DNA from: Ignavibacteria bacterium | GTDB taxonomy: Bacteria; Bacteroidota; Ignavibacteria; Ignavibacteriales; SURF-24 | Assembly (NCBI GenBank): GCA_025612375.1 | Contig: JAAXKN010000003.1 | Location: forward strand, 114,371 to 178,370 | Reading direction: 5' to 3' | DNA: 64,000 nucleotides | Shown: positions 47,788 through 56,646 of the stretch, piece by piece | Layout of the letters: the number at the start of each line of letters is the position of its first letter | Position numbering within the stretch: the stretch's first letter is position 1 | The notes under the pieces: model-generated | What the model saw: only the letters and a program-made list of their open reading frames with translations | The model's database searches: none | Told to the model about the DNA's origin: nothing | Position numbers and translations under genes: made by a program

Positions 47788-48260
47788 CAGTTAATCGTAA
47801 TCTGGGAAATCTTCCAACTATTTCCAAATAGTTTTAAGGAGATATATACCTGTGCAGTTCCCCTTACCCCCCTGGATTCATATCTGTAGTAACCCGAGGC
47901 ATAAGGATTATCGGTCCTCTCGTTTACAGTAAGGAACCTGAAACTGACAGGTTTGTAGATACGCGAAAAATCCTGCAGTATATAAAATACCTGGGTAGCA
48001 CTGTAATATCCGGTAATGCCGTTGGGTAAGCTTAAATAGGTCTGAGAACTGATATTGTTAGAAAATTTGTTAATATCCCGGAGAGAAAATCCCTCTTCGA
48101 TTTTGTTAAAAATCACCCTCGGAACGTCACCTGTAAGCTTTTGGTCCTTGAGCTGTCCTTTGGGATTAAAAGACTGGGGATACAAAACTTCACATAATGC
48201 TATCCAGATACTAAAGGAAAGAATTATATAAAAAGACTTCCGTATCATTAAAAATTGCAT
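47787..48260 (-). CDS. Small secreted hypothetical protein (possibly DUF4783-like)
   Basis: It has a signal/anchor helix (FYIILSFSIWIALCEVL). The stop codon overlaps the kinase start by 1 nt. The DUF4783 assignment is from memory of the family pattern and is low confidence. Confidence 0.6.
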   Translation of the reverse strand: MQFLMIRKSFYIILSFSIWIALCEVLYPQSFNPKGQLKDQKLTGDVPRVIFNKIEEGFSLRDINKFSNNISSQTYLSLPNGITGYYSATQVFYILQDFSRIYKPVSFRFLTVNERTDNPYASGYYRYESRGVRGTAQVYISLKLFGNSWKISQITIN

Positions 48261-48299
48261 TAAAATTAAACATCAATCCAAATATAAACAGCAAATATA

Positions 48300-48329
48300 G
48301 AAAAAGCATACTAAAAAGTATGCTTTTTC
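48300..48329 (-). terminator. Rho-independent (potentially bidirectional) terminator after the Fn3 lipoprotein gene
   Basis: GCATACT (48306-48312) pairs with AGTATGC (48317-48323) across a 4-nt loop. An A5 run lies on the left and T5 on the right, so either strand reads stem plus U-tract. Confidence 0.7.
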
Positions 48330-48382
48330 ACTTCATTCACACTGCCTTAGTTATTTATGGCTTTTAGAGGCTGAATCCTGCC

Positions 48383-49207
48383 CTACTTCAGGAGCATTCT
48401 GTGGTGCTTCTTTTCGTCGAATGTAAGGGTTTTTCTTTCCCCTGCTGACTCCTTGAGCATCCTGTTGCCCTCGACGGTCTGGTAAGCCCAGTCGAAGGTA
48501 ATCCTGTCATTTGTTATGTTTGTCACCCTGATTTTTGCATAATGGTTGTCAAAGGTCCAGATGACGTAAGTATGGCCTACAACTGCAACGGTATCCTTTG
48601 TAGGTGACCAGCCCTGGGTTGGGGCCATCTGTATATCGTAAATATCTCTTGTAGGACCCATATCCAAAATATCCGAGTCGTCCCATACATCCAGGTAGAA
48701 CTTGCCCTGAAAGTTTTCAAAGAAGAAATCTGTATTCTTAGAGTCATACGGCATTACTGAATTTGAGGCAAACTCAAAGCCCGAGGTATTCGGGAACCGC
48801 CTGTAGTCGTAGATCACCCTGTCAAAATCCTCAGGACGGGGTGTGCTCTGCACCTGCTCGATGCTTAAATCACTTTCATTACCGTTAAAGTCATATGCCG
48901 CAACTGCATAGAAGTAAGTGTCGCCATTTTTTGCATCATAATCCGTAAAATGGTCAGACTCTGTGGAGCCCAGGAGCGTATACTTCCCATCGTAGGAGTA
49001 GCTGTAATAAACGTTATATCCTGCCACTTCTTTGTTGCGGCTATAGTCCCAGTATATATCCACCCTGTTATTCCCGTTTATGGAATAAACATTTGATGGC
49101 GGTGCAGGAGGTGCATCATTAAAGTGATTCTGATTTATATCGCATCCCGTTAATAAGAATGCATATACAGTTATAAATAAAGCGGTTAAGTATTTCATAA
49201 GTTTCAT
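48383..49207 (-). CDS. Lipoprotein with fibronectin type III-like domain, function unknown
   Basis: The lipobox is ...AFLLTGC. The Fn3-like segment is PPAPPSNVYSINGNNRVDIYWDYS...GYNVYYS...TDYDAKNGDTYFYAVAAYDFNGNES. Confidence 0.75.
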   Translation of the reverse strand: MKLMKYLTALFITVYAFLLTGCDINQNHFNDAPPAPPSNVYSINGNNRVDIYWDYSRNKEVAGYNVYYSYSYDGKYTLLGSTESDHFTDYDAKNGDTYFYAVAAYDFNGNESDLSIEQVQSTPRPEDFDRVIYDYRRFPNTSGFEFASNSVMPYDSKNTDFFFENFQGKFYLDVWDDSDILDMGPTRDIYDIQMAPTQGWSPTKDTVAVVGHTYVIWTFDNHYAKIRVTNITNDRITFDWAYQTVEGNRMLKESAGERKTLTFDEKKHHRMLLK

Positions 49208-49510
49208 TTCAGACCCCGGTTATTGTTCTCTTTCTTTGATATAAACAACTTAGGTGCCAGAATAATTCTGCGATTTTTGCATTTTAACGGGGCTTTTAAG
49301 TCCCGCGGTGTACAATAATCTATACAACAGTTGTTCACTTTAGCTGAGGAGTATGAATTCTGAATGTGAAAGGCTAATATTTTTCCTCTTTCCGGGGTCC
49401 TTTCCAGGAGAAATTTTTGATTGCAATGGGTGATTTTTTATTTATATTAACTTAAATACAGCCATTGCAGGGAAAAGAAGCAGGATTGGAAAACAAAGAA
49501 ACTTAGCTAA

Positions 49511-51115
49511 ATGATCAAGAAAGATGTATTACGTACTTTGCAGCCGGCAAAAACTATTGCACCTGAGACCTATAAGATTTTGCTGCCCTTAGTTATAATC
49601 GCGGGATTTGCATTAAGATTTATACTTCTAGGAGCTGAAAGCCTGACGTTTGATGAGGTTTATTCGGTCAGGCTCGCTCAGATGTCATTTGGGGATATAA
49701 TTCAGCAGACTTCCCGTGACTTTCATCCCCCTTTGTACTATTTTTTGCTCCACATCTGGACCTCACTTTTCGGCTACGGCGAGACTGCAGTGCGCGCACT
49801 TTCTGTTTTGTTCAGTACAATTACAATCTATGCCATATTTCACCTGGCAAAATACATTTTTGAAGAAAGGACAGCCCTCGTATCCTCTTTTCTTCTGGCA
49901 CTCTCTTACATAAATATAGAGGCTGCGCAGGAAGCCCGGATGTACGCACTGCTTAGCTTACTAACAGTTGTTTCAATGCACCTATTGCTTCTGGCGCTTA
50001 GCTCGCACAAGAAAAGCATGTGGGTAATGTACCTCATTGTAAACTTTCTTCTTCTTCACACACACGTTTACAGTTATTTTATTGTTGCTGCTGAATTTTT
50101 CTATTTCTTCAGCCTTGCATTTTATTCCAAAAGGAAGTTTAAGGAAAACGTTCTTCCTTTTCTTTCTACAAACGCCGTAACTTTCTTTCTTTTTGTACCC
50201 TGGTTAATTATCTTCTACAGGCAGTTCCTCCTGGCGCAGAAAATCCTCTGGATTCCGAGAGCTACACTTCTGCAGCTTCCGGAGACTTTAGTTGAGTATT
50301 CGGGTTCGCTAATACTTGCCTTAGTAATGATCCCGATGATGATGCTGTCAATTATTTTTATCTCCAGGGTAATTAAAGTCAACGTACAGGGAAAGTTTGC
50401 CGGGGACTTTGAAGATATTGAATACAGGCTGTCTATAGTTAACGTTAATGAGGCTTATTTTCTTTTTATCTGGCTTTCTGTTCCGGTACTCCTGCCTTTT
50501 CTCATTTCGCAGTTCCTTTCCCCCATTTTTATGGTCAAATATACTGTTGCCTCTTCTGCGGCATTCATTATACTTGCAGGCAAAGGGATAAATAATATAT
50601 CTTCAAAACCAGTGAAATTATCGATACTTCTGCTTATTTTGGGCCTGTCAGTTTTTAATTGGGCAAACGACCTGGTTACGACAAATAAGGAGACGTGGCG
50701 TGAGGCAATAGGATACCTGGACGCAAAGACAAAAAAGGGCGACGCCATATTGTTTAATGCCGGCGTATGCAGATTTATGTATGAGTATTATTCCAAAAGG
50801 ACGGACGTCGTTTTGATTCCTTTTGAGCCAAGTGCCCCGCAGCTAAACCCTGACAGCCTGCGGGAAATGCTGAGGCCTATAATGGAAACTCACAGGAATG
50901 TGTGGCTGGTTTCCTCGCATAACCGCGACTGGAATGATACGGTAGCCAAGACTTTGCTGGCTGCCTCTGATTCGTCATTTCACAGATATTTCTTTTCACA
51001 TTACAGGAAATACTTTTTGTACGACGTTTACGACGACAGGTCATCCGACTTTATACTCCTAAGGCAGTATAATTCGCCCGATATAAAGCTCTACTATTTC
51101 AGCTTTAATAAATAA
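49511..51115 (+). CDS. GT-C fold glycosyltransferase family 39 (ArnT/PMT-like, polyprenyl-phosphate-sugar dependent)
   Basis: ...LTFDEVYSVRLAQ...DFHPPLYYFLLHIW... is the first periplasmic loop with the acidic motif. Some 10+ TM helices and a C-terminal soluble domain follow. Confidence 0.8.
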   Translation: MIKKDVLRTLQPAKTIAPETYKILLPLVIIAGFALRFILLGAESLTFDEVYSVRLAQMSFGDIIQQTSRDFHPPLYYFLLHIWTSLFGYGETAVRALSVLFSTITIYAIFHLAKYIFEERTALVSSFLLALSYINIEAAQEARMYALLSLLTVVSMHLLLLALSSHKKSMWVMYLIVNFLLLHTHVYSYFIVAAEFFYFFSLAFYSKRKFKENVLPFLSTNAVTFFLFVPWLIIFYRQFLLAQKILWIPRATLLQLPETLVEYSGSLILALVMIPMMMLSIIFISRVIKVNVQGKFAGDFEDIEYRLSIVNVNEAYFLFIWLSVPVLLPFLISQFLSPIFMVKYTVASSAAFIILAGKGINNISSKPVKLSILLLILGLSVFNWANDLVTTNKETWREAIGYLDAKTKKGDAILFNAGVCRFMYEYYSKRTDVVLIPFEPSAPQLNPDSLREMLRPIMETHRNVWLVSSHNRDWNDTVAKTLLAASDSSFHRYFFSHYRKYFLYDVYDDRSSDFILLRQYNSPDIKLYYFSFNK

Positions 51116-51136
51116 TTTTTGGTTTTTGGGGAGTTA

Positions 51137-51745
51137 ATGGGAAATATAGAATTCTGGATTAGTCAGTACGGTTACGGGGGGATTTTCATTTTGCTTGTTC
51201 TTGGGATTGTGGGGCTGCCTGTTCCTGATGAAACTTTACTTACTCTGACCGGTTTTTTGGTTTACAAGGGCGACCTTAAGCTTGTTCCTGCCTTCTTTTC
51301 AGCCTATCTGGGAAGTGTAGTTGGTATAACTTTAAGCTACACAATCGGGCGCACATTCGGGCTTTATGTACTTCACAAATACGGCAGATATCTTCACATT
51401 ACAGAAGAAAAGCTTGCAAAGGCACACAACTGGTTCGAAAAAGTGGGGCGCTGGGCGCTTTTAATAGGATACTTTATTCCCGGCATCAGGCACATTTTTG
51501 CCATAATTGCAGGAACCAGCAAGCTGGAGCTCTGGGAATTTGCTCTTTTTGCCTACCTTGGAGCATTTATCTGGGCTGCGGGATTCCTTTCAGTAGGATA
51601 CTTTTTCGGGGACAAGTGGGAAGTTATGCTTGAGAGCGTTCAGCACCACACGGTTATGATCTCTTTTATACTGGTAGTACTGGTACTTCTTTTCCTTTTA
51701 TTCAAGAAAAAAATTCTGGGGAAATCTGCCGAGAAAGCTTCCTGA
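51137..51745 (+). CDS. DedA family (SNARE-associated/VTT domain) membrane protein
   Basis: ...GLPVPDETLLTLTGFL...GRTFG...LLIGYFIPGIRHIFAIIAGTS... are classic DedA motifs. I prefer the ATG at 51137 to the TTG at 51119 used by the ORF track. Confidence 0.85.
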   Translation: MGNIEFWISQYGYGGIFILLVLGIVGLPVPDETLLTLTGFLVYKGDLKLVPAFFSAYLGSVVGITLSYTIGRTFGLYVLHKYGRYLHITEEKLAKAHNWFEKVGRWALLIGYFIPGIRHIFAIIAGTSKLELWEFALFAYLGAFIWAAGFLSVGYFFGDKWEVMLESVQHHTVMISFILVVLVLLFLLFKKKILGKSAEKAS

Positions 51746-51780
51746 ATACTGCAAAAGGTCTATCTTAAATTTTTAAAATA

Positions 51781-51875
51781 AAAAAAGGCTGCCAGATTTC
51801 ATTTGCGAATTGGAAGAGTCATTTTTCGCTTATCTTTGTCACCACAACAAGGAGAAATCCCAGCCAGCCTTTTTT
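51781..51875. terminator. Long composite stem-loop in the convergent dedA/ftsZ intergenic region; possible bidirectional terminator
   Basis: AAAAAAGGCTG (51781-51791) is the perfect complement of CAGCCTTTTTT (51865-51875). GATTTC (51795-51800) pairs with GAAATC (51854-51859). An inner GCGAA/TTCGC stem lies at 51805-51809 and 51835-51839. An A-run on the left and a T-run on the right give a U-tract on both strands, but the enclosed 73 nt is atypically long. Confidence 0.4.
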
Positions 51876-51931
51876 AATCTTCTGTATACTTCTTACTTTT
51901 TAATTTTTCCTTTTTAATTATTAATTGACTT

Positions 51932-53212
51932 CTAGTCCATCATCATTCTGAGGAATGAAGAGCTTTCATCGTCATCTCTGTCGTCTTCAACCTGTTTTCT
52001 TTTGTCTTCAGGCTGATAATTTGCAATCTTATCGATTGTAAATCCGCTCTGAGGTACCTGATCCTCTTCCGGAAGGGCAACCGATTTTGAGCCTTTCACG
52101 CGGAAAATGGTCGGTATATCCAGATCCTCCTGCTTTGTAAACCTGAAATCGTTCTGTTCAGGTTCCTTTGGGCTATAGCCCCCGAAGGAGAAAGATGGAG
52201 TCGGCTGCGGCTTTGCGGCCTGAGGAGCTACTTCCTTCTGTTTCCTGTTGCTGTCGAAACCGGTGGCAATTACGGTATAAGAGACGTATTCATTCATCTC
52301 CTCTTTATTTACCCAGCCGAAGATAACGTTTGCTTCTTCGCCTGCAGCATCATAGATCACCTTGTTGCCCTCATCGATCTCGCGCATTGTAAGGGAGCTT
52401 GAGCCTGTTACATTAAGGAGTATATTCTTAGCGCCCTTAATGCTTACGCCTTCAAGGAGCGGGCTTGAGATAGCCTTCTGAGCAGCTTCAATTGCGCGGT
52501 TTTCGCCGCTTGCAATTCCGCAGCCCATTAAGGCCTCACCGCTCTGGCTCATAACCGAGCGCACGTCGGCAAAGTCCACGTTTATAATGCCGCCTATGGT
52601 AATAATGTCGGCAATTCCGCGCGTAGCCTCGTAGAGCACTTCATTCGGCTTATCGAAGGCCTGGTTAGCGCTGATTGAAGGGTCAAGTATATTCAACAGT
52701 CTTTCATTCGGAATTACAATAAGGCTGTCAACATACTGCCTTAATTCCTGAATGCCCTGTTCGGCATTCATCATTCTTTTCTTGCCTTCCCATCTGAAGG
52801 GTTTTGTTACAATACCGACTACAAGAGCGCCCAGGCTCTTTGCAATAGAGGCAACTATAGGAGCTCCCCCGGTACCGGTACCGCCGCCCATACCGGCAGT
52901 AATAAAGACCATATCGCTTCCTTCCAGGATCTTGGTCAGCTTTTCACGGTCTTCTTCAACAGCTTTCTTGCCTACATTAGGATCGGCTCCTGCTCCAAGG
53001 CCGCGTGTAACGCTAGTGCCGACCTGGATTTTATGAGTAGCAGTGTTTTTAATGAGCACCTGGGCATCAGTATTAACTACAATGTACTCAACGCCGCTCA
53101 GTCCCCTATTGATCATGCTCTCAACTGCATTACAGCCGCCCCCGCCAACGCCAACTACTTTCAGCTGTGCCGACATAGGATTTTCACGATCCAATGTTGC
53201 AAAAAATGACAT
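51932..53212 (-). CDS. ftsZ: Cell division GTPase FtsZ
   Basis: KVVGVGGGGCNAV...GAGADPNVG...FITAGMGGGTGTGGAPIVA (tubulin signature), plus the C-terminal peptide ...SSFLRMMMD. AAGGAGGA lies 5 nt upstream of the ATG. Confidence 0.97.
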   Translation of the reverse strand: MSFFATLDRENPMSAQLKVVGVGGGGCNAVESMINRGLSGVEYIVVNTDAQVLIKNTATHKIQVGTSVTRGLGAGADPNVGKKAVEEDREKLTKILEGSDMVFITAGMGGGTGTGGAPIVASIAKSLGALVVGIVTKPFRWEGKKRMMNAEQGIQELRQYVDSLIVIPNERLLNILDPSISANQAFDKPNEVLYEATRGIADIITIGGIINVDFADVRSVMSQSGEALMGCGIASGENRAIEAAQKAISSPLLEGVSIKGAKNILLNVTGSSSLTMREIDEGNKVIYDAAGEEANVIFGWVNKEEMNEYVSYTVIATGFDSNRKQKEVAPQAAKPQPTPSFSFGGYSPKEPEQNDFRFTKQEDLDIPTIFRVKGSKSVALPEEDQVPQSGFTIDKIANYQPEDKRKQVEDDRDDDESSSFLRMMMD

Positions 53213-53235
53213 AAACTTCCTCCTTGTTGTGGTTT

Positions 53236-54483
53236 TTATAACTCGTCAAAAAACTCGCGTACTTTCTTGAATATATCGAAAACTGCATTTTTGTCTTTGC
53301 TCTTCTTCATCTTGACAGCAGCAGCAGCACTTTCGCTGGATCCCGTACCGGGGACGCCCCGGATGAGTCCTGCCAGAGTGGCAAATTCAGGACTTTCAAT
53401 TTCAGCAGAAAGCCCTTTGCCAAGGTCCTGCGGAACTCCAATTCTTGTAGGCAGGCCGAAAACCTCTTCAGCAAGTTCGGTACAGCCTTTAAGGAGCGAT
53501 CCGCCGCCGGTTAGAACAATACCGGCCTTAATTTTATTCTTGAAGCCCGTATGCCTGATTTCATTATCAATAAGAGTAAAGAGCTCTCTCATTCTGACAC
53601 TGATAATCTGAGTAAGGAGGCTTACAGGAATCTTGACGTTGCCCCTGGCGCCAACGCCTCTTATATAAATATCTTCATCCTTAATTATTGAGCCTTCGGT
53701 TGCGTAGCCGTATTCTTTTTTCAGTTTTTCGGCATCTTCTGTCACAATACCCAGGGCTTCCCTTATATCGTTAGTAACCTGGTTTCCAGCAACACCGATG
53801 ACTTTTGTGTGTTTTATGGTTTTCTTGTGGAAAACTGCAATGTCCGTTGTTCCGCCGCCGATATCGATAAGCACGACACCCAGGTCCTTTTCATTTTCCT
53901 CAAGCACAGATGAGCTGGATGCAATCGGCTGCAATATATAGTCCTGAACCGTATAGCCAGCACGTTCAACAGAGCGCTTAATGTTCTGGATTGCAGGAAT
54001 TGAAGCCAGGACTATATGGTTGACTGCCTCAAGGCGCGATCCGCACATTCCTATAGGGTTTTCAATGCCGCCCTGGTGGTCGATTGAGAATTCTTCCGGA
54101 ATTATGTGGAGAATCTGCCTGTCCGAAGGAATTCTGATTGTCCTGACGTCAGCATCAAGCCTGTTGAGGTCCTCCTGTGTTATTTCCCTTTCAGGGCTGT
54201 TAATAGTCACATAATTTCTATGGCGGAGGCTCGTAATATGTTCGCCGGCAACACCAACGTTGAGGATTCTAAGGTCAATACCCGCCCTGTTGCTGGCAAC
54301 TTCCATGGCTGCTTTAATTGCGTCGGCAGTCTTGGCTATATTGGCAACCAGCCCCCTGTTCAGGCCCTCAGAAGGAGCAACGCCGAAGCCCAGAATATCG
54401 ATGGTGTTTTCCGACTTCTCGGCGATTATGGCGCCAACTTTTGTTGTCCCCAAATCAAGACCGGCTATAATATTTTTCCTCAT
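53236..54483 (-). CDS. ftsA: Cell division protein FtsA
   Basis: The actin-fold motifs are IAGLDLGTTKVGAII..., VLIDIGGGTTDIAVF and GIVLTGGGSLLKG. Confidence 0.95.
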   Translation of the reverse strand: MRKNIIAGLDLGTTKVGAIIAEKSENTIDILGFGVAPSEGLNRGLVANIAKTADAIKAAMEVASNRAGIDLRILNVGVAGEHITSLRHRNYVTINSPEREITQEDLNRLDADVRTIRIPSDRQILHIIPEEFSIDHQGGIENPIGMCGSRLEAVNHIVLASIPAIQNIKRSVERAGYTVQDYILQPIASSSSVLEENEKDLGVVLIDIGGGTTDIAVFHKKTIKHTKVIGVAGNQVTNDIREALGIVTEDAEKLKKEYGYATEGSIIKDEDIYIRGVGARGNVKIPVSLLTQIISVRMRELFTLIDNEIRHTGFKNKIKAGIVLTGGGSLLKGCTELAEEVFGLPTRIGVPQDLGKGLSAEIESPEFATLAGLIRGVPGTGSSESAAAAVKMKKSKDKNAVFDIFKKVREFFDEL

Positions 54484-55259
54484 CCTTTGTCACCTTTTAC
54501 TTCGGTATCTAAGTTTGTCGTACCTAAATAAATTAATTTATCAAACCTTAAATCCACATAGTTGATAAAGCTATCAACCGGTTGATCAACTCTATTGAGT
54601 TTGTTCCATATTTTGCTAAAGTAAACCATCTTGGAAGCTTCGTTTCCGCGTCCTAGAATCACCTGAAAATCGCGTCCCCTCATCCTGAGGACAATCTCTT
54701 TGCCCTTTCTTAAGTCTACCTCAGAGATATTCTGATAAAGGTCGCCCTGAAGCAGTCTTGCAGCCTCAATAATTCTGAAGGCTGCCCTGGTATCGTTATT
54801 TTTCAGTTCTGTAAGTGGCCTCAGCTTTCCATCCGGGAGAGCATTTTCGATAACCGGAAGATCTATATTCTTTGTATAAGGGAAAACTGGTATCAAAATA
54901 AAATCGTTTGTCAAAAGAAACTGTCCGGTGTCGCTCAGTAAAATAGCCTCAAATTTTCTTTCCGTCAGACTGACAACTACTGTATTAGCATCCTTAAATT
55001 TCACTTCCGCATTAGAAACATAGGGATGCTTCTGTAATCTTGATTTTATAATTGGTAAAGATAAGAATTTGTAATCAGAAATTTTATTTAACCTTGCAAA
55101 ATTAAAATATTCTTGCTTAGATAAAAAGCGATTTCCAATAATTTCTATCTTTTCTACATTATTTTTTATTTCTTTTTCAGAAGTAACCGATAAATAGACC
55201 GTCCCAAGGATTAATGCAGCAAAAACGAGCATACCTGTAAGCTTACTTTTTGCTTTCAT
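54480..55259 (-). CDS. ftsQ: Cell division protein FtsQ (POTRA domain)
   Basis: It has a single N-terminal TM and then a POTRA-like segment (VEKIEIIGNRFLSKQEY...). It is positioned between murC and ftsA, with a 4-nt overlap with ftsA. Confidence 0.8.
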   Translation of the reverse strand: MKAKSKLTGMLVFAALILGTVYLSVTSEKEIKNNVEKIEIIGNRFLSKQEYFNFARLNKISDYKFLSLPIIKSRLQKHPYVSNAEVKFKDANTVVVSLTERKFEAILLSDTGQFLLTNDFILIPVFPYTKNIDLPVIENALPDGKLRPLTELKNNDTRAAFRIIEAARLLQGDLYQNISEVDLRKGKEIVLRMRGRDFQVILGRGNEASKMVYFSKIWNKLNRVDQPVDSFINYVDLRFDKLIYLGTTNLDTEVKGDKG

Positions 55260-56646
55260 TACTCTCAGGGCTTTTGTTACCGTTCAGCAATTGAATGAAC
55301 TTCTCGCCATATTTCCAGATGTCGCCGGCGCCCATTGTGACAATTATGTCGCCGTCTTTCTTAAGGTTCATGAGGACTTCTGGTATCTTCTCCTTATCCT
55401 GGACGTAGAGAACGTTCTTGTGCCCGAACTTCTTTGCCGCCTGTGCAATTATTTCACCCGTAATGCCTTCAATCGGTTTTTCTCTTGCAGGATATACGTC
55501 CGTGCATATGAAAATATCCGAGTTTAAGAACGATCTTCCGAATTCAGAGGCAAAGTCCCTTGTTCTGGTAAAAAGGTGCGGCTGAAATACTGCAACAAGC
55601 CTTCTGTCCCAGCCAGAGCGCACGCCAGACAAAGTAGCATTTACTTCTGTCGGGTGGTGTGCATAGTCGTCGATAACAAGGAGGTCCTCGTTATATTTTG
55701 TTTCAAATCTTCTGTAGACGCCGCTAAAGGATTCGAGTGACTTCTGTATAGTCTTAAAATCAATTCCGAGTTCAGTAGCAATTGTAACTGCAACCAGCGA
55801 GTTCTTGATGTTGTGAACGCCGGGGATATTGAGCCTGATTTCGCCCAGCATTTTACCCTTATACTTTACATTATATGTGCTGGAGTATTCATTGTGCTTA
55901 ATATCGATTGCACGTATGTCTGCCTGCGAAGTAAGGCCGTACGTAAAGACCTTCTTGTTTATCATAGGCAGAATGTCCTGCAGTGCGGGTTCGTCCATGC
56001 AAAGGACAACAAATCCGTAGAACGGGACCTTGTTTGCGAACTCAACAAATGCACTCTTAATGTCGTCGAGGTCCTTATACGTATCCAGGTGTTCTTTTTC
56101 GAGCGTTGTAAGGGCTGCAATGGTCGGAGTCAGCTTAAGGAATGTCCTGTCGAACTCATCAGCCTCAACAACGATGTATTCACCTTTACCGAGCCTGGCG
56201 TTTGTTCCGCCAAGGCTGCTTAATTTGCCGCCTACGATAATAGTAGGATCAATTCCTCCTTCGGTTAAAACCAGTCCAACCATTGAGGTCGTGGTGGTTT
56301 TACCGTGGGTGCCGGCTATTCCGATGCCGTACTGCATTCTCATGCATTCAGCAAGCATTTCAGAGCGCTTGATGATGGGGATTTTTCTTTCAATGGCTGA
56401 AGCAACCTCAGGGTTATCAATGCTGACAGCAGATGAGTAAACAAGAACGTCAACATCTTTGAGGTTATCTGCCGAGTGCCCTTCATAAATTTCAACGCCC
56501 AGGCTTCTTAATCTTTCAGTAATATCGGTCAGAGCCCTGTCACTTCCCGAGATCTGAAAACCACGGTTTAAGAGGATTTCAGCAATTCCGCTCATGCCGA
56601 TTCCGCCGATGCCTACAAAATGCACTTTCTTTATATTCTTAAACAT
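55243..56646 (-). CDS. murC: UDP-N-acetylmuramate--L-alanine ligase
   Basis: VHFVGIGGIGMSGIAEILLNRGFQISGSD...GIAGTHGKTTTTSM...DDYAHHPTE. Confidence 0.95.
   Translation of the reverse strand: MFKNIKKVHFVGIGGIGMSGIAEILLNRGFQISGSDRALTDITERLRSLGVEIYEGHSADNLKDVDVLVYSSAVSIDNPEVASAIERKIPIIKRSEMLAECMRMQYGIGIAGTHGKTTTTSMVGLVLTEGGIDPTIIVGGKLSSLGGTNARLGKGEYIVVEADEFDRTFLKLTPTIAALTTLEKEHLDTYKDLDDIKSAFVEFANKVPFYGFVVLCMDEPALQDILPMINKKVFTYGLTSQADIRAIDIKHNEYSSTYNVKYKGKMLGEIRLNIPGVHNIKNSLVAVTIATELGIDFKTIQKSLESFSGVYRRFETKYNEDLLVIDDYAHHPTEVNATLSGVRSGWDRRLVAVFQPHLFTRTRDFASEFGRSFLNSDIFICTDVYPAREKPIEGITGEIIAQAAKKFGHKNVLYVQDKEKIPEVLMNLKKDGDIIVTMGAGDIWKYGEKFIQLLNGNKSPESNESKK

Noticed and set aside
49336-49430. 26-aa plus-strand mini-ORF (MNSECERLIFFLFPGSFPGEIFDCNG) in the divergent intergenic region upstream of the GT39 gene
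   Set aside because: The GAGGAG upstream is only 1 nt from the ATG, which is too close for a ribosome-binding site. I cannot assess conservation, and the composition is not coding-like.
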